Counted from the stretch's first letter, positions 20,296 through 31,536 are shown. The stretch is DNA of 64,000 nucleotides from a bacterium (GCA_027371775.1 DAHXLG010000002.1:2247-66246); one strand, 5' to 3'. The notes: generated from the sequence alone by a model not told the origin. Numbers and translations: made by a program.

Positions 20296-20511
20296 AAAAC
20301 TTACCTAAAAAAATTGCCCATAACGCGACTATGCACACAAACATGTCTTATACATTAAGTTACTTTATTCTCCTGAATTTATTATCCTCGTTGCACAATT
20401 TTAGTGAAAACTTACCTAAAATTGCTCCTAATGCCACTATACAAACAATCTGTCTTACAATTAAGTTACTTTATTTTCCTAAAATTTCTTGTGCTCGCTG
20501 CACAATTTTAG
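20296..20511 (-). repeat. 111-bp tandem duplication containing the mutS 3' end
   Basis: 20296-20404 aligns with 20407-20511 (aaaacttacctaaaa..ttgc.c.taa.gc.actat..acaaaca..tgtctta.a.ttaagttactttatt.tcct.aa.tt...gcacaattttag). The second copy includes the last ~41 nt of mutS, whose stop is at 20471-20473. Confidence 0.8.
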
Positions 20512-22786
20512 CAGGCATGCCAGCAAGCTCAGCGACTGCAATTGCGTACGATTTCTTAGCCACGCCATCAATAAGCTTGTGAGTTAGATGCAGCGGATTC
20601 TCTATAATCTCCATCATCTTCTTTTGCAAATTCACATGTTCAATATTTGCTAGCGCTAAATAATGTGTCGCAAAAATCGCACGGGCACCTAATATACTTA
20701 TCAAGTATTCTAAAATCGCTTGCGCAATCGCCATACCTTCTTCTACCGAAGTCCCACGACCCACTTCATCAAATACAATAAAACTTCTGTTTGTAGCCTG
20801 ATTAAGCGTTAATGCTATTTCTATCATTTCCATCATAAACGTTGAATTACCATCAATTAGATTATCCCATGCTCCAATTCTCGAAAAAATATGATCTACC
20901 ATACCAATATGCGCCGACTTTGCTGGTACGTACATTCCAATATGCGCAAGTAATACTATCAGAGCTTGCTGGCGAAGGTATGTGCTTTTACCTGCCATAT
21001 TAGGACCTGTCATAAACATCACACATTTACTAAGATCGCAATCATTTGAAACAAAAACTTGAGCCTTGTCACGCATAATTTTGTCTAATACAGGGTGACG
21101 ACCATCTATCACTTGAAATTTATTATCATCACTTAAAACTGGTCTTGTATATCCATTTTCTATAGAAATCTTTGCAAAATTTGCATATAAATCTATCCAA
21201 GCAGATTGTTTTGCATATTGGTTTATACTATTTGCATGATTTAAAACTTTGCTACACAAATCTTCAAAAATCTCTTTTTCGCGATTGATAATAAATTCAG
21301 TTGATTCTGCTAGCTTTGTGTTGATTGTTTCCAGCGCTTGCGTTGTATAACGCGCCACGCTCTTCAAATCTTGACGAAATACAAATCCATAACTTAGCTT
21401 TTCTTTGTGATTACTATTAATTTCAATCACGTATCCAAAATTAGCATTAAACTTGATTCGCAAATTCGCAATCTTCGTTGATTGCTTATATTCCTCTTGC
21501 AGCGCCAAAATCTGCTCATCACATGCGCGTTCAAAATTTTTCCAAGAATCAAGTTCAGCATCAAATCCTTGCTTAATATATCCTTTTTCTTTTGTCGCAT
21601 CCTCTTCAATGGTTGATAAAATTTGATCGATAAGATCAACTGGATATTCAACTTGCTCATCAATAATCTTCGATAAGTGCACAAAATTCTTGATGCCGAT
21701 TGCAAGATTACGCAACTGAGTAGGGCTAGACCTATTGAGCGCTATCTTTGATAACATGCGCTCAAAATCTGGAATCTCTTTCAATATTTCACGAATTTTT
21801 GCAAGCTTTGGCTTGTCATTCATAAAATATGCTATGCAATCTTGTCGCTCTGTTAATTGTGCTATATCTCTAATTGGAGCATTAATGCATTCGAACAGGG
21901 CTCTTCCTCCTTGAGATGTTTTAGTATCATCTAATAACCACAGCAATGAACCATAATGCGTATTTTGCAGCGTCTTGACTAATTCTAGATTACGACGCGT
22001 GAATTTATCCATTTGCAACTCATTCTCTGATGTTTTGCGCTTTGGAAGCGTTATCCTATTTGTTTTCAATGAATCTTTCTGCGTCATATATATGTATTCT
22101 AGAATCATAGCAATAGAGACCATCTCATCAGAAGCATAATTAAGACTATCACACGAATGCAAATTAAATGCCTTCTGGATTTTTTGGCTAGCTAAAGAGG
22201 AGCTAACATCTGGCACAAGTGTTATGATTTTTTTCCATAAATCATAATCAGGGAAACGCGGCAAATAATCTTGAAATACCAAAATCTCACCAGGATCCAT
22301 TTTTTCTAAATAATCTTTTAATAAATGAGCTTCAAATTTCTCTACAAAAAACTGATTTGTTGAAAGATCAAACACCGCGCACGAAACCATGAATCCATGT
22401 GCGTACACAGCAATCAAATAATTGTTACGTTTTGCAGTTAGCAAGTTTTCATCTGTTAAAGTACCTGGTGTTACAATGCGCACAACTTGTCTATCAATAA
22501 TCTTAGCGCTTTTATTATCAGCCGCCTCAACTTGTTCACAAATTGCAATCTTCTTTCCCGCTTGGACCAACTTTGCAATGTAATGCTCGGATGTATGATA
22601 AGGCACACCTGCCATGGGAATTGATTCCTCTTTTTGTGTACGTTTTGTAAGCGTAATACCCAAAATCTCTGAAGCTACCTGCGCATCTTCATAAAACATT
22701 TCATAAAAATCACCAAGACGAAAAAACAGGATGCAATCCTCATGCTTTTTCTTAACTAAGTGATATTGATGCATGATCGGTGTCAT
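20471..22786 (-). CDS. mutS: DNA mismatch repair protein MutS
   Basis: Motifs seen: TPIMHQYHLVKKKHEDCILFFRLGDFYEMFYEDA (mismatch-binding domain), Walker A TGPNMAGKSTYLRQ, and FDEVGRGTSVEEGMAIA. 771 aa. Confidence 0.92.
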   Translation of the reverse strand: MTPIMHQYHLVKKKHEDCILFFRLGDFYEMFYEDAQVASEILGITLTKRTQKEESIPMAGVPYHTSEHYIAKLVQAGKKIAICEQVEAADNKSAKIIDRQVVRIVTPGTLTDENLLTAKRNNYLIAVYAHGFMVSCAVFDLSTNQFFVEKFEAHLLKDYLEKMDPGEILVFQDYLPRFPDYDLWKKIITLVPDVSSSLASQKIQKAFNLHSCDSLNYASDEMVSIAMILEYIYMTQKDSLKTNRITLPKRKTSENELQMDKFTRRNLELVKTLQNTHYGSLLWLLDDTKTSQGGRALFECINAPIRDIAQLTERQDCIAYFMNDKPKLAKIREILKEIPDFERMLSKIALNRSSPTQLRNLAIGIKNFVHLSKIIDEQVEYPVDLIDQILSTIEEDATKEKGYIKQGFDAELDSWKNFERACDEQILALQEEYKQSTKIANLRIKFNANFGYVIEINSNHKEKLSYGFVFRQDLKSVARYTTQALETINTKLAESTEFIINREKEIFEDLCSKVLNHANSINQYAKQSAWIDLYANFAKISIENGYTRPVLSDDNKFQVIDGRHPVLDKIMRDKAQVFVSNDCDLSKCVMFMTGPNMAGKSTYLRQQALIVLLAHIGMYVPAKSAHIGMVDHIFSRIGAWDNLIDGNSTFMMEMIEIALTLNQATNRSFIVFDEVGRGTSVEEGMAIAQAILEYLISILGARAIFATHYLALANIEHVNLQKKMMEIIENPLHLTHKLIDGVAKKSYAIAVAELAGMPAKIVQRAQEILGK

Positions 22787-23286
22787 GAAACATATCTTAA
22801 CACAGAAATTATACTATATCAAAATTTTATGCATACTCAAAAACATACATAAGCTATAAAAAATATATATTTTAAGAAAAAATAGCTAAATTACCTAGTG
22901 CTATATATTCAAAGAATTTCAAAATCACAAAAACACTTAACTTATTAATATTTAAACATCAACATTAATGCTTTAGGTTTGCACGTGTGACGTTACAAAT
23001 AGCAAAATATTTTAGATCAACAGAAATCCGAAATCAGTTATATAAAAAGCTTCTTGCTATATTTAAGATCATGTTCAGTTTTAGATCATCTTTTTGCTTC
23101 TCCTTTTGCTTTTGTTTATCTAAAAAATTGGCAGAATCATTTTTAATCTAAAAAACGTAAATGTTTCCTGCACAAATATTGCTTGATAAAAACATACACA
23201 ATACAACAAGCATATAAATTCCATTATGAACATACGTTACAAGCTGGTTGCACACATAGTAATCTATGTAATACGATAGAATACAA

Positions 23287-25995
23287 ATGAGTGTATTTTT
23301 ACCAAAAACTAGTTTTAATTTATATGCAGATGCAAAAGCTGTTGAAAAAGAATTGCTAAAATTCTGGGAAGAAATAGAATTGGAAAAACAGCGAAAAACA
23401 GCGCGTGCTGGGGCTTCTAAATTTATTCTTCATGATGGTCCTCCCTATGCGAACGGTCCAATTCATATAGGACATGCAGAAAACAAGTTCTGGAAAGATG
23501 CGCTCAACAAAATTTTCTGGCAAGCGGGTTACGATACGCCGTATATCCCAGGCTGGGATGCACATGGTCTTCCTATCGAAAATGCTGTCGAAAAACAGTT
23601 TAAAGATAAAGGAATAGATAAAAACTCACTCTCACGCCAAGAATTCTGGGATAATTGCTATGAGTTTGCAAAACATTGGATGCATTACCAAATGCAACAA
23701 TTTAAGCAGTTAGGCGTGTTCGCCGACTACGAAAATTCGTACGCTACATTCTTTGAAAATGAATCTATTGGCATTATCGAATGCGCTCACAAATTCGTTG
23801 AAGCTGGATTACTTGAACGCCGTTTGCGCCCTGTATTATGGTCTTACGCAGAAAAAACTGCGCTTGCCTACGCAGAAATTGAATATAAAGACAAAACATC
23901 TAATAGCATATACGTTCTATTCCCTATTATCGAAACTGATTGCCAGCAATTGGTTGATGCTCAGTTAGTTGTATGGACAACTACTCCATGGACTCTGCCA
24001 GCCAATGAAACAATCGCCTATAACGCAGGATTTGAGTACGCAATCTTCGAACATAATGGAAAAAAATATTGCATGCTCGAAAATCTATTCCCAAATATCG
24101 AAGATAAGTTTGCAGGTGCAAAAATTACTCACAAAATTAGTGGCGATAAATTTAGCAATACATATGTTGGACACGTTCTAAAAGAATTCAACACAACTTA
24201 TAAAAAACGCAAGCTATTACATGCAGATTTTGTGGAAGATCAAAAAGGATCAGGCTTCGTACACATTGCTCCAGCACATGGCGAAGACGATTTTGCTTTG
24301 TGTAAACAGCACAGTCTGCCTATCGAAGATTTGCTAGATGGTAATGGATGCTTTAAAACAAATATTCCACTTGTTGCTGGTATCAGCGTTAAGGAAGCAG
24401 AGAATATTGTTCTTGCTGCGCTTGAAGAACAAAATGCATGTATCAAAATTGAGAAAATCGTTCATTCTTATCCACATTCTTGGAGATCGAAAGCTCCTCT
24501 TATATTCCGTCTGACACATCAGTGGTTTTTAAAAATGGGTCCAATAAAAGAGAAGGCATTGAAGGCGCTAGATACAACAGAAACATGGGTACCAAAGGAA
24601 GGACGCAACCGTTTGTTATCAATGCTAGAAGCGCGCGAAGATTGGTGTGTATCGCGTCAACGCATATGGGGCGTACCTATTGGTATTTTCTTTAATGAAT
24701 CGAATGGAGCTATTTTGAATGACCCAGCGTTTCTTGCAAAATCACGTGAGAAATTAGCACAAATTGGTATAAAAAATTGGTGGAATTTGCAAGTGGATGA
24801 TATCGATATTCAATATTCTCCAAGCGAGTGGAAACGCTTAGATGACATTATCGAAATCTGGTTTGAATCAGGCGCAACGCAATATTTTGTACTCCAAAAA
24901 ATGGGAATGTTCCCTGCAGATATTTATCTTGAAGGATCTGATCAACACAGAGGCTGGTTTCAATCATCTCTTCTAATCAGTGCATTTTTAACTAGTCGCG
25001 CACCTTGGAAGCACATTGTTACACACGGTTTTTGCTTGGATGGTTTGAAACAAAAGATGTCCAAATCTCTTGGCAATGTGATTAATCCATCTGAGTGGAG
25101 CGCTGATCAATTGCGTCTATTTTTCTCAACAGCAAACATGTGTCACGATGTTAGCATGAACGAAAATAGCATCAAAAATAGCCAGGAAATGCTATTTAGA
25201 TTCCGTAATACAATGAAATTTATTTTAGGCATGCTCGCTATCGAAGAAGAGCCTTTAGAAGAATTGACTGAACAAAATTATGCCGCTCTTCCTGTGTTGG
25301 AAAAATGGCTGCTACATAGGCTATACGAGATTGATTGCGAATATGAAGATATGCTAAAAACGTTTCAATTAGGGTCTTTTGCAAATGCACTGTATGAGTT
25401 CTGTTCGCAAGATCTTTCTGCATTTTATTTTGATGTTCGTAAGGATACTCTATATTGCGATGAAGCATCTAATAAAAAGAGAAAATCAGCAATTATGTGC
25501 ATGCAAGTGCTAGCTCCTACGCTAATGAAATGGCTTGCGGGCATAACTCCATTTTTTGCAGAAGAAGCATGGCAGTGTTATTTAAAAGAATGCAAACATA
25601 ATCAAAAACAAGAGCTATCAGTTCATTTGTGTCAACGACCTGAAATTGCTATATTTTTCAAGAATGAAGAAGCTGCAAAAATATTAGAAGAGCTTAGAAA
25701 TACTCGCAGACAAATTACTCAAAAAATTGAAGAGCTTCGTGAGAAAAAAATTCTGAACACTGCTTGCGAGGCTGCAATCACAATCGACCATATCCCACAC
25801 GATATGATAAATGAGCTCAAGGAAATTGCAATTGTTTCAAGTATTACTAAAAGAGAAGCTAAAGGAGACAAGTTGGTGGTTACCAAATGCAATGGAACAA
25901 AATGTCCACGCTGTCGCTTTGTATACAACACACTTGCTGGCGAATTTTGTAAGCGTTGCGCGAATGCTGTGGAAGTTGAGAAATCTAAAAAATGA
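23287..25995 (+). CDS. ileS: isoleucyl-tRNA synthetase
   Basis: HIGH motif (PYANGPIHIGHAEN), KMSKS motif (KQKMSKSLGN) and a C-terminal zinc ribbon CPRCRFV...CKRC. 902 aa. Confidence 0.95.
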   Translation: MSVFLPKTSFNLYADAKAVEKELLKFWEEIELEKQRKTARAGASKFILHDGPPYANGPIHIGHAENKFWKDALNKIFWQAGYDTPYIPGWDAHGLPIENAVEKQFKDKGIDKNSLSRQEFWDNCYEFAKHWMHYQMQQFKQLGVFADYENSYATFFENESIGIIECAHKFVEAGLLERRLRPVLWSYAEKTALAYAEIEYKDKTSNSIYVLFPIIETDCQQLVDAQLVVWTTTPWTLPANETIAYNAGFEYAIFEHNGKKYCMLENLFPNIEDKFAGAKITHKISGDKFSNTYVGHVLKEFNTTYKKRKLLHADFVEDQKGSGFVHIAPAHGEDDFALCKQHSLPIEDLLDGNGCFKTNIPLVAGISVKEAENIVLAALEEQNACIKIEKIVHSYPHSWRSKAPLIFRLTHQWFLKMGPIKEKALKALDTTETWVPKEGRNRLLSMLEAREDWCVSRQRIWGVPIGIFFNESNGAILNDPAFLAKSREKLAQIGIKNWWNLQVDDIDIQYSPSEWKRLDDIIEIWFESGATQYFVLQKMGMFPADIYLEGSDQHRGWFQSSLLISAFLTSRAPWKHIVTHGFCLDGLKQKMSKSLGNVINPSEWSADQLRLFFSTANMCHDVSMNENSIKNSQEMLFRFRNTMKFILGMLAIEEEPLEELTEQNYAALPVLEKWLLHRLYEIDCEYEDMLKTFQLGSFANALYEFCSQDLSAFYFDVRKDTLYCDEASNKKRKSAIMCMQVLAPTLMKWLAGITPFFAEEAWQCYLKECKHNQKQELSVHLCQRPEIAIFFKNEEAAKILEELRNTRRQITQKIEELREKKILNTACEAAITIDHIPHDMINELKEIAIVSSITKREAKGDKLVVTKCNGTKCPRCRFVYNTLAGEFCKRCANAVEVEKSKK

Positions 25996-27149
25996 TAGAA
26001 AAAAATGCACTTTCTGCTATGCTTGATGAAACAATTGTTCTGATACAAAAATTTGTACAAGCAGAATCTATTAGCCCTTGCGATGGCCGTTTGCATGAAA
26101 TCATTGCAGACTATCTTTCTCAACTTGGATTCGAAATCGAACATATGAATATAGAAGATACAAAAAATATTTATGCACACACGCCAAGTAATTCTTCTGG
26201 CCCATACACATGTTTTGCTGGACATACCGACGTTGTACCAACAGGAGAAGGCTGGAAACATCCTCCATATTCGGGCGCTATTGAAAATGGATACATCTTT
26301 GGACGCGGTACTAATGATATGAAAGGCACAATTGCCTGCGCAATGGTTGTGTTCAAATACCTTTTGCAGAAAAATCCAAATTTGAATTTAGCAATGTTGT
26401 TAACTAGCGATGAGGAGGCTATTGCTGAGCATGGTCTTAAAAAAATCACACCAATTTTAATTAATAGAAATGAACCAATTAATCTTTTTGTTTTAGGTGA
26501 GCCGACTGCGCTTCAAACAGCTGGAGATACAGTTAAAATTGGCAGAAGAGGAAGCATAAGTGCTATTGCAAAAATATTTGGCATACAAGGGCATATTGCT
26601 TACCCAGAACTTGCTAAAAATCCAATCCCAATCGCGCTTAATATCGCTAAAGAACTTGATGAAATTGATTTTGCAGATGATCATAAATATTTTGGAAAAA
26701 CTCGTTTGCAACTTACTCAAATTGATGCATTTAACAAAGCTATGAACGTAATTCCAGGAATTGTTGAATTGCGTTTCGGAACTCGTTTTAACACTAATCA
26801 AAACGAAGATTCAATTAAAAATCATATCATTCCTATCTTCGAAAAATATTGCAAAAAACATGATGTTGCATACGAAATTGTTTGGTCTTTTAATGGATCT
26901 CCTTTTATCTGCGAGAATGAAAAATTGATTGCTTCACTTGATTCAATTATTTCACCAATTCTTGGAAAACAAGTTTTATTTGATGCAAAAGGAGCTACCA
27001 GCGATGGCAGATTTTTATCAAAACTGGCTCAGTGTATCGAAATCGGATTCCAAGAAGATATGGCTCATAAAGTTGATGAATGTATTAAAATTGATGAAAT
27101 AAAACAAATATTGCAAATATATTCAGAAATCTTTGCAAAAAACTGGTAA
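25992..27149 (+). CDS. dapE: succinyl-diaminopimelate desuccinylase (M20 peptidase)
   Basis: AGHTDVVPTGEGWKHPPYSG and GRGTNDMKG fit the M20/DapE layout. The start overlaps the ileS stop (ATGA). Confidence 0.85.
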   Translation: MIEKNALSAMLDETIVLIQKFVQAESISPCDGRLHEIIADYLSQLGFEIEHMNIEDTKNIYAHTPSNSSGPYTCFAGHTDVVPTGEGWKHPPYSGAIENGYIFGRGTNDMKGTIACAMVVFKYLLQKNPNLNLAMLLTSDEEAIAEHGLKKITPILINRNEPINLFVLGEPTALQTAGDTVKIGRRGSISAIAKIFGIQGHIAYPELAKNPIPIALNIAKELDEIDFADDHKYFGKTRLQLTQIDAFNKAMNVIPGIVELRFGTRFNTNQNEDSIKNHIIPIFEKYCKKHDVAYEIVWSFNGSPFICENEKLIASLDSIISPILGKQVLFDAKGATSDGRFLSKLAQCIEIGFQEDMAHKVDECIKIDEIKQILQIYSEIFAKNW

Positions 27150-27235
27150 AACATATCTGTTCGAAACTCTTTGCAAAAAAAATACAAACAGTCAAGCATA
27201 GTATTGTTTTTCAACACAAATCAGGGTATAATCCC

Positions 27236-28558
27236 ATGATGACATTTCGCAGCCAGTTACAATTATTTTTACTTGACTCTGCAATAAAAATATCCAAATT
27301 GCTATGGAATAAATTACGAGCATTGAACTTTATATATATATCACAAGTTTTATTATTTGGTATTTCCTTTTGCTGCCTAACAATTTGCGATAGCGATGCA
27401 CCTGCACAAGAAAAATATTTAATCAAAAATGATATTAATTCAACTTCTAAAACCGTATCAAATTTCATGCATTTGAAAAAACACCTTTTAAGCGCTGGAT
27501 TTGATGAACATTCTATCGCAAAAGTTATACAAAACATTGCAAAAGTGATAGGATGGGATTGGTACGATCAGCGCGCGCGTATTGAAGTGCATTATGAAAC
27601 ATATGGTGACAAAAAATATATAACAAAAGCTGAATTTAAAGGTGCTGGCAAAATAATCAAGCTAAACTACAAGGATTCAGCAGAAAACTCCATGGAACAA
27701 AAAATGCAAAATACTGCTGAAAACATCTGTTATAATGTTTCTGACTCTAATGAAAAAAATAACTATGCTAAGAACAGCTCAATGCAATCATCGCCTGAAA
27801 AAAAACATCTGGTTGTAATGAAAGGTTTTATCAACACAACATTAGAGCGCATGATTTTAAACAGTCCAGACCTTCCATTCACATTGCGCAAAAAAGTTAT
27901 AAAATTCGCTCAAGATGCAAGAATACATGGTAACAAAGGCGAGAGATTTGCATGTTTATATGATCCGCAAGATTATAGCATAATGGCAATGTTTGTTGGA
28001 TCAGACAGTGGTAAAAAAACAGCAATTTTGTTTAAAAGTCAAAATGGACAAAAGCTTTTTTCCTCCGATGGTGTTGCATTACGCAGCGAAAAATTAGTTT
28101 TCTTGAGGCCGGTTCCACAGAGAATCAATAGCGCATTTGGCTACCGCTTTCACCCTGTATTGAAAATTTATCGTTTTCATTATGGTATAGATTTTGCAGC
28201 TCCAAGAGGTACTCCAATTAGATCAGCAGCAGATGGCTTAGTAATATTTGCAGGACACAAAGGCGGGTACGGATACTGCGTACAAGTGAAACACGGAAAC
28301 ATAACAACACTATATGGCCACATGCAAAGGATTCCAAGCTCAACGTATGTTGGCAAAAAAGTAAGAGCAGGAGAAACATTAGGGTTAGTAGGAAGCACAG
28401 GCTTAGCAAGTGGTCCACATTTGCATTACGAAATCTGGGTGAATGGCAAAAAAGTAAATCCAGCAAATTTTAGTCAAGAAACTAGTCAAAAACTTAAGGG
28501 CGAAGAGATGGTCACATTCCAAGCTTATTCAAAAAAAATCATGAGTTATTTTGGATAA
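27236..28558 (+). CDS. M23/LytM-family metallopeptidase with N-terminal membrane anchor
   Basis: FHYGIDFAAPRGTPIRSAADG...GYGYCVQVKHGNITTLYGH...GSTGLASGPHLHYEIWVNG matches the HxxxD and HxH motifs of M23. A TM-like segment FIYISQVLLFGISFCCLTI sits near the N-terminus. Confidence 0.85.
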   Translation: MMTFRSQLQLFLLDSAIKISKLLWNKLRALNFIYISQVLLFGISFCCLTICDSDAPAQEKYLIKNDINSTSKTVSNFMHLKKHLLSAGFDEHSIAKVIQNIAKVIGWDWYDQRARIEVHYETYGDKKYITKAEFKGAGKIIKLNYKDSAENSMEQKMQNTAENICYNVSDSNEKNNYAKNSSMQSSPEKKHLVVMKGFINTTLERMILNSPDLPFTLRKKVIKFAQDARIHGNKGERFACLYDPQDYSIMAMFVGSDSGKKTAILFKSQNGQKLFSSDGVALRSEKLVFLRPVPQRINSAFGYRFHPVLKIYRFHYGIDFAAPRGTPIRSAADGLVIFAGHKGGYGYCVQVKHGNITTLYGHMQRIPSSTYVGKKVRAGETLGLVGSTGLASGPHLHYEIWVNGKKVNPANFSQETSQKLKGEEMVTFQAYSKKIMSYFG

Positions 28559-28842
28559 CACAAGGAATGTTTTCACTCAAGAGACTAATGCTTAAGGACG
28601 AAATGATCACATTCCAAGCTTATTCAGCAATGTTTTTTATTTAATAAAATTGTATTTGATCAAGAAGAGAAATAACATTAATTCATCAATGTTTTTTGGT
28701 GCTTCTATGCTGCTTCTATATTTGGTCTATAAAACACATTGTTATCAAAAAATTCTCAAAAAATCTTTTCATGCACGCCAATTATAGAGCCATTACAGGC
28801 CCCAACATAGACATGTCCTAAAAAATTTAGTATACTATAATA

Positions 28843-29543
28843 ATGAAAAAATTATGTTTTTTATTCACATTAAACGCACTAGCTAATGAGATTTATGGCA
28901 TTGATCAAAAGGACGCAATATATTTTGGATACACGCAGGAAGAAATGAGCCAGGATCTGCTGAAAAGTGTAATACAAGTGAACCAGTGAAAGAAGATCAT
29001 AAAGAAAGAATAATAAAGTGTATACCCGAATATGATATAAAAAATAATTCAGTGGAAAAAAGAATGAAGCATCTACCGGAAACCGTGGAACCGAACAACT
29101 TAGTGAAAAAATACTCTAGTGAAGATGAAATGAACAATAATTTATCGGAAAAACATAGCAACTTATTGGAATACTCTAGTGAAGGTGAAATTCAGGATCT
29201 GCTGAAAATAATACAAGATGAACCAGTGAAAGAAAAACCTAATACTATTCCAATTCAGCAAACAATTCAAAACTCGCAATACGTTTATCATGAAAAAAAC
29301 ACCAGCGCAGAAGCAAGAAAAAATTTAGATTATGATTTCAGTCCGAGTTCGAATCCAGAAATAGACGCAAAAGTAATGAATTTAAAAGACTTGGATAATC
29401 TGAAATGGAAAACTGATAGTACTCAAGAAAAAAACACAAGCGCAGAAGCAAGAAAAAATTTAGATTATGATTTCAGTCCGAGTTCGAATCCAGCAACACC
29501 CACAATAGGAATGCGAAAAATGGATAATATAAAATGGGAATGA
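28843..29543 (+). pseudogene. YFGxEQ-leader family member with a 1-nt frameshift just after the leader
   Basis: The ATG at 28843 gives MKKLCFLFTLNALANEIYGIDQKDAIYFGYTQEEMSQDLLKSVIQVNQ*, with the stop at 28987-28989. ORF 28986-29543 continues in another frame (VKEDHKERIIK...). Comparison with the internal copy caa gat gaa cca gtg aaa gaa (IQDEPVKE) shows that one A is missing after caag. The body has EKNTSAEARKNLDYDFSPSSNP repeated twice. Confidence 0.6.
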
Positions 29544-30111
29544 TGCATGATTCTGCAATACTTTGAAGTGAAAAACCATTAGGAATTCTTTCTATTGTTT
29601 ATTGCATCAGTATACACTATGTTAGAATAATATGGCTTTTCCTGCGCTTGCATTAATGAATAAAGCGCACATACCAGATCATCTAATCTATGCATCTGCA
29701 AACTTTATAGCATACAACCAAATTGTAAAACATACTTTAGCATCCAGCTGCACAAAAAAAGCACTTTTGTTATCATGAACAAACTATGAATGTTTCTATA
29801 TGTATATGTTCTTAATTTTAGCATAATATCGCCACGAATGCAGACTACTAACTAGAAAAACATGTGAATCTGCATCATCTATTAAAACAAAGTTGTCTAA
29901 TTTGATCATACGCAACAAAAAAATAGAGATGATAAATTGTTCCATAATGAAAATTCTTTCTAAAGATTATATTCTTAACTAGCATAATATCGCCACGAAT
30001 GCAGACTACCAAATAGCTATCAAAATAACCATATTTCTTCAATCTTGAACAAATTATCCAAATTTTCAATATTATTTATTAAACGCACTGATCCATCAAA
30101 ATTAAAAACAA

Positions 30112-31410
30112 TCACTCTGTCCAACACACAAAAGATCCGCGCGCAACTGGCTTTTCCTGCGCTTGCATTAATGAATAAAGCGCCCATACTAGAGCATCTA
30201 ATCTATCATCTGCGAAATTTAAGTGCGCCTTGATTAATTGATCTTCAAGCTGCTCAAAACGCTGAACATGAAGCACTTTTTTCTGCTGATACAACGTGGC
30301 TATAGGCATCGCACGCTTGTATTTACTATCTTTTGCTCGAACACTCTGCCATGGAATATTCGCTAGTGATTTTAACATCGCCATTAAAATATCTCCGCCT
30401 TGATTTGTTTCTACAACAACATGATTTGCTTTATATTTATAATATAAATCAACCGCTTTCTGCGCCCACATTTCTGGCTTCATCGTTCCACTTGCATCTT
30501 CAAGTACGTAATATTTTTCACCATGCTGTGTTGTAACTTTTGCTGCAACAATTATACCAGTTTCATCGCTATTTTCATTTGCCGTTGCTGCAGGATCAAT
30601 TGCAATAATTATGCATTTATTTTGTACTGCATCATTTTCTATTGTAAAATCCTGATAACAAAAATCTTTGTATGACCATAGCGCTTCTGCATCTGCCGTG
30701 ATTAATTGTCCTTCAATTTCTTGCTGACCTAATTTTGTACCGCCGTATTGATTTGAAATCATATCTAAATATGCTTTTGCAAGATTTTTTGCATTATCAT
30801 AAGTCGTTCCTCTAGTTAAGTGAATATCTTTACGATTTGTAAGATCAAAAATCAATTTTTTCGCACGCGGAGTCGTTGTAACAATTACTTTTGGATGAGA
30901 ACCAAGACGTAAACAAAACATCAATTGATCCCACACAGCCTGATCATTATCAAACTTAGCAAGCTCATCCACCCAAGCAAGATCAAACTGCGGTCCGCGC
31001 AAAGCCTGGTAATTTTCTGCGCTGTAACATGTTGCGATCGCACCATTTGGCCATATCAATTCTCGCCGTGCAGGACGATATTTTGGCATCTGTTCCTTGG
31101 TATGAATATTGAGCAATCCACTTTCACCTTCGATCATGATAGAACGCACTTGATCATATGTTTCACCCAATAGGCAAATACGTTTATATTGCCCGCTAAG
31201 CGCAAGCTTTTTGATAGTTTCAGCACCCGTACGAGTTTTGCCAAATCCTCGACCTGCCATTATAAACCAGCCAAACCACTCGCCTTCTGGAATCTTCTGT
31301 TCTGGACGCGCAATCAAATCCCAATCTAATTCACTCTTCCTATGTTCTCGTCTACGTCTTTCAAAACGCAGCGCATTAATAATCTCATCAATGTTTACGA
31401 TATTCTGCAT
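30112..31410 (-). CDS. phage/GTA-type large terminase subunit (RcGTA g2-like), orphan
   Basis: WDLIARPEQKIPEGEWFGWFIMAGRGFGKTRTGAETIKK (Walker A region typical of alphaproteobacterial GTA terminases). Also ...LAWVDELAKF (Walker B-like) and a C-terminal nuclease-like half. The reading frame is an intact 432 aa, but there are no portal, capsid or tail genes nearby. Confidence 0.8.
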   Translation of the reverse strand: MQNIVNIDEIINALRFERRRREHRKSELDWDLIARPEQKIPEGEWFGWFIMAGRGFGKTRTGAETIKKLALSGQYKRICLLGETYDQVRSIMIEGESGLLNIHTKEQMPKYRPARRELIWPNGAIATCYSAENYQALRGPQFDLAWVDELAKFDNDQAVWDQLMFCLRLGSHPKVIVTTTPRAKKLIFDLTNRKDIHLTRGTTYDNAKNLAKAYLDMISNQYGGTKLGQQEIEGQLITADAEALWSYKDFCYQDFTIENDAVQNKCIIIAIDPAATANENSDETGIIVAAKVTTQHGEKYYVLEDASGTMKPEMWAQKAVDLYYKYKANHVVVETNQGGDILMAMLKSLANIPWQSVRAKDSKYKRAMPIATLYQQKKVLHVQRFEQLEDQLIKAHLNFADDRLDALVWALYSLMQAQEKPVARGSFVCWTE

Positions 31411-31536
31411 CTATATTAAGTCTATAAGATAACCCCCATTTTGCTGCAAACAATATTTTCATGCACGCCGATGAAGCTGGCTATTATGGCAGACTATAAG
31501 ATAATCATGATTTGAAACATTATAAACTATATCACA

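Noticed and set aside
25719-26261. 180-aa minus-strand ORF spanning the ileS/dapE junction
   Set aside because: It lies entirely antisense to two strongly supported, motif-bearing genes and has no motifs of its own. It is a typical shadow ORF.
27125-27185. Short duplication of the dapE stop region (gaaatctttgcaaaaaactgg versus gaaactctttgcaaaaaaaatac)
   Set aside because: It is only ~23 nt of A-rich sequence, too short and low-complexity to distinguish from chance. It is mentioned only as a weak member of the 3'-duplication class.
29875-30233. Small ORFs 29875-30069 (-) and 30045-30233 (+) next to the terminase 3' end
   Set aside because: They lie in repeat debris or overlap the terminase C-terminus in another frame. 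There is no independent support.
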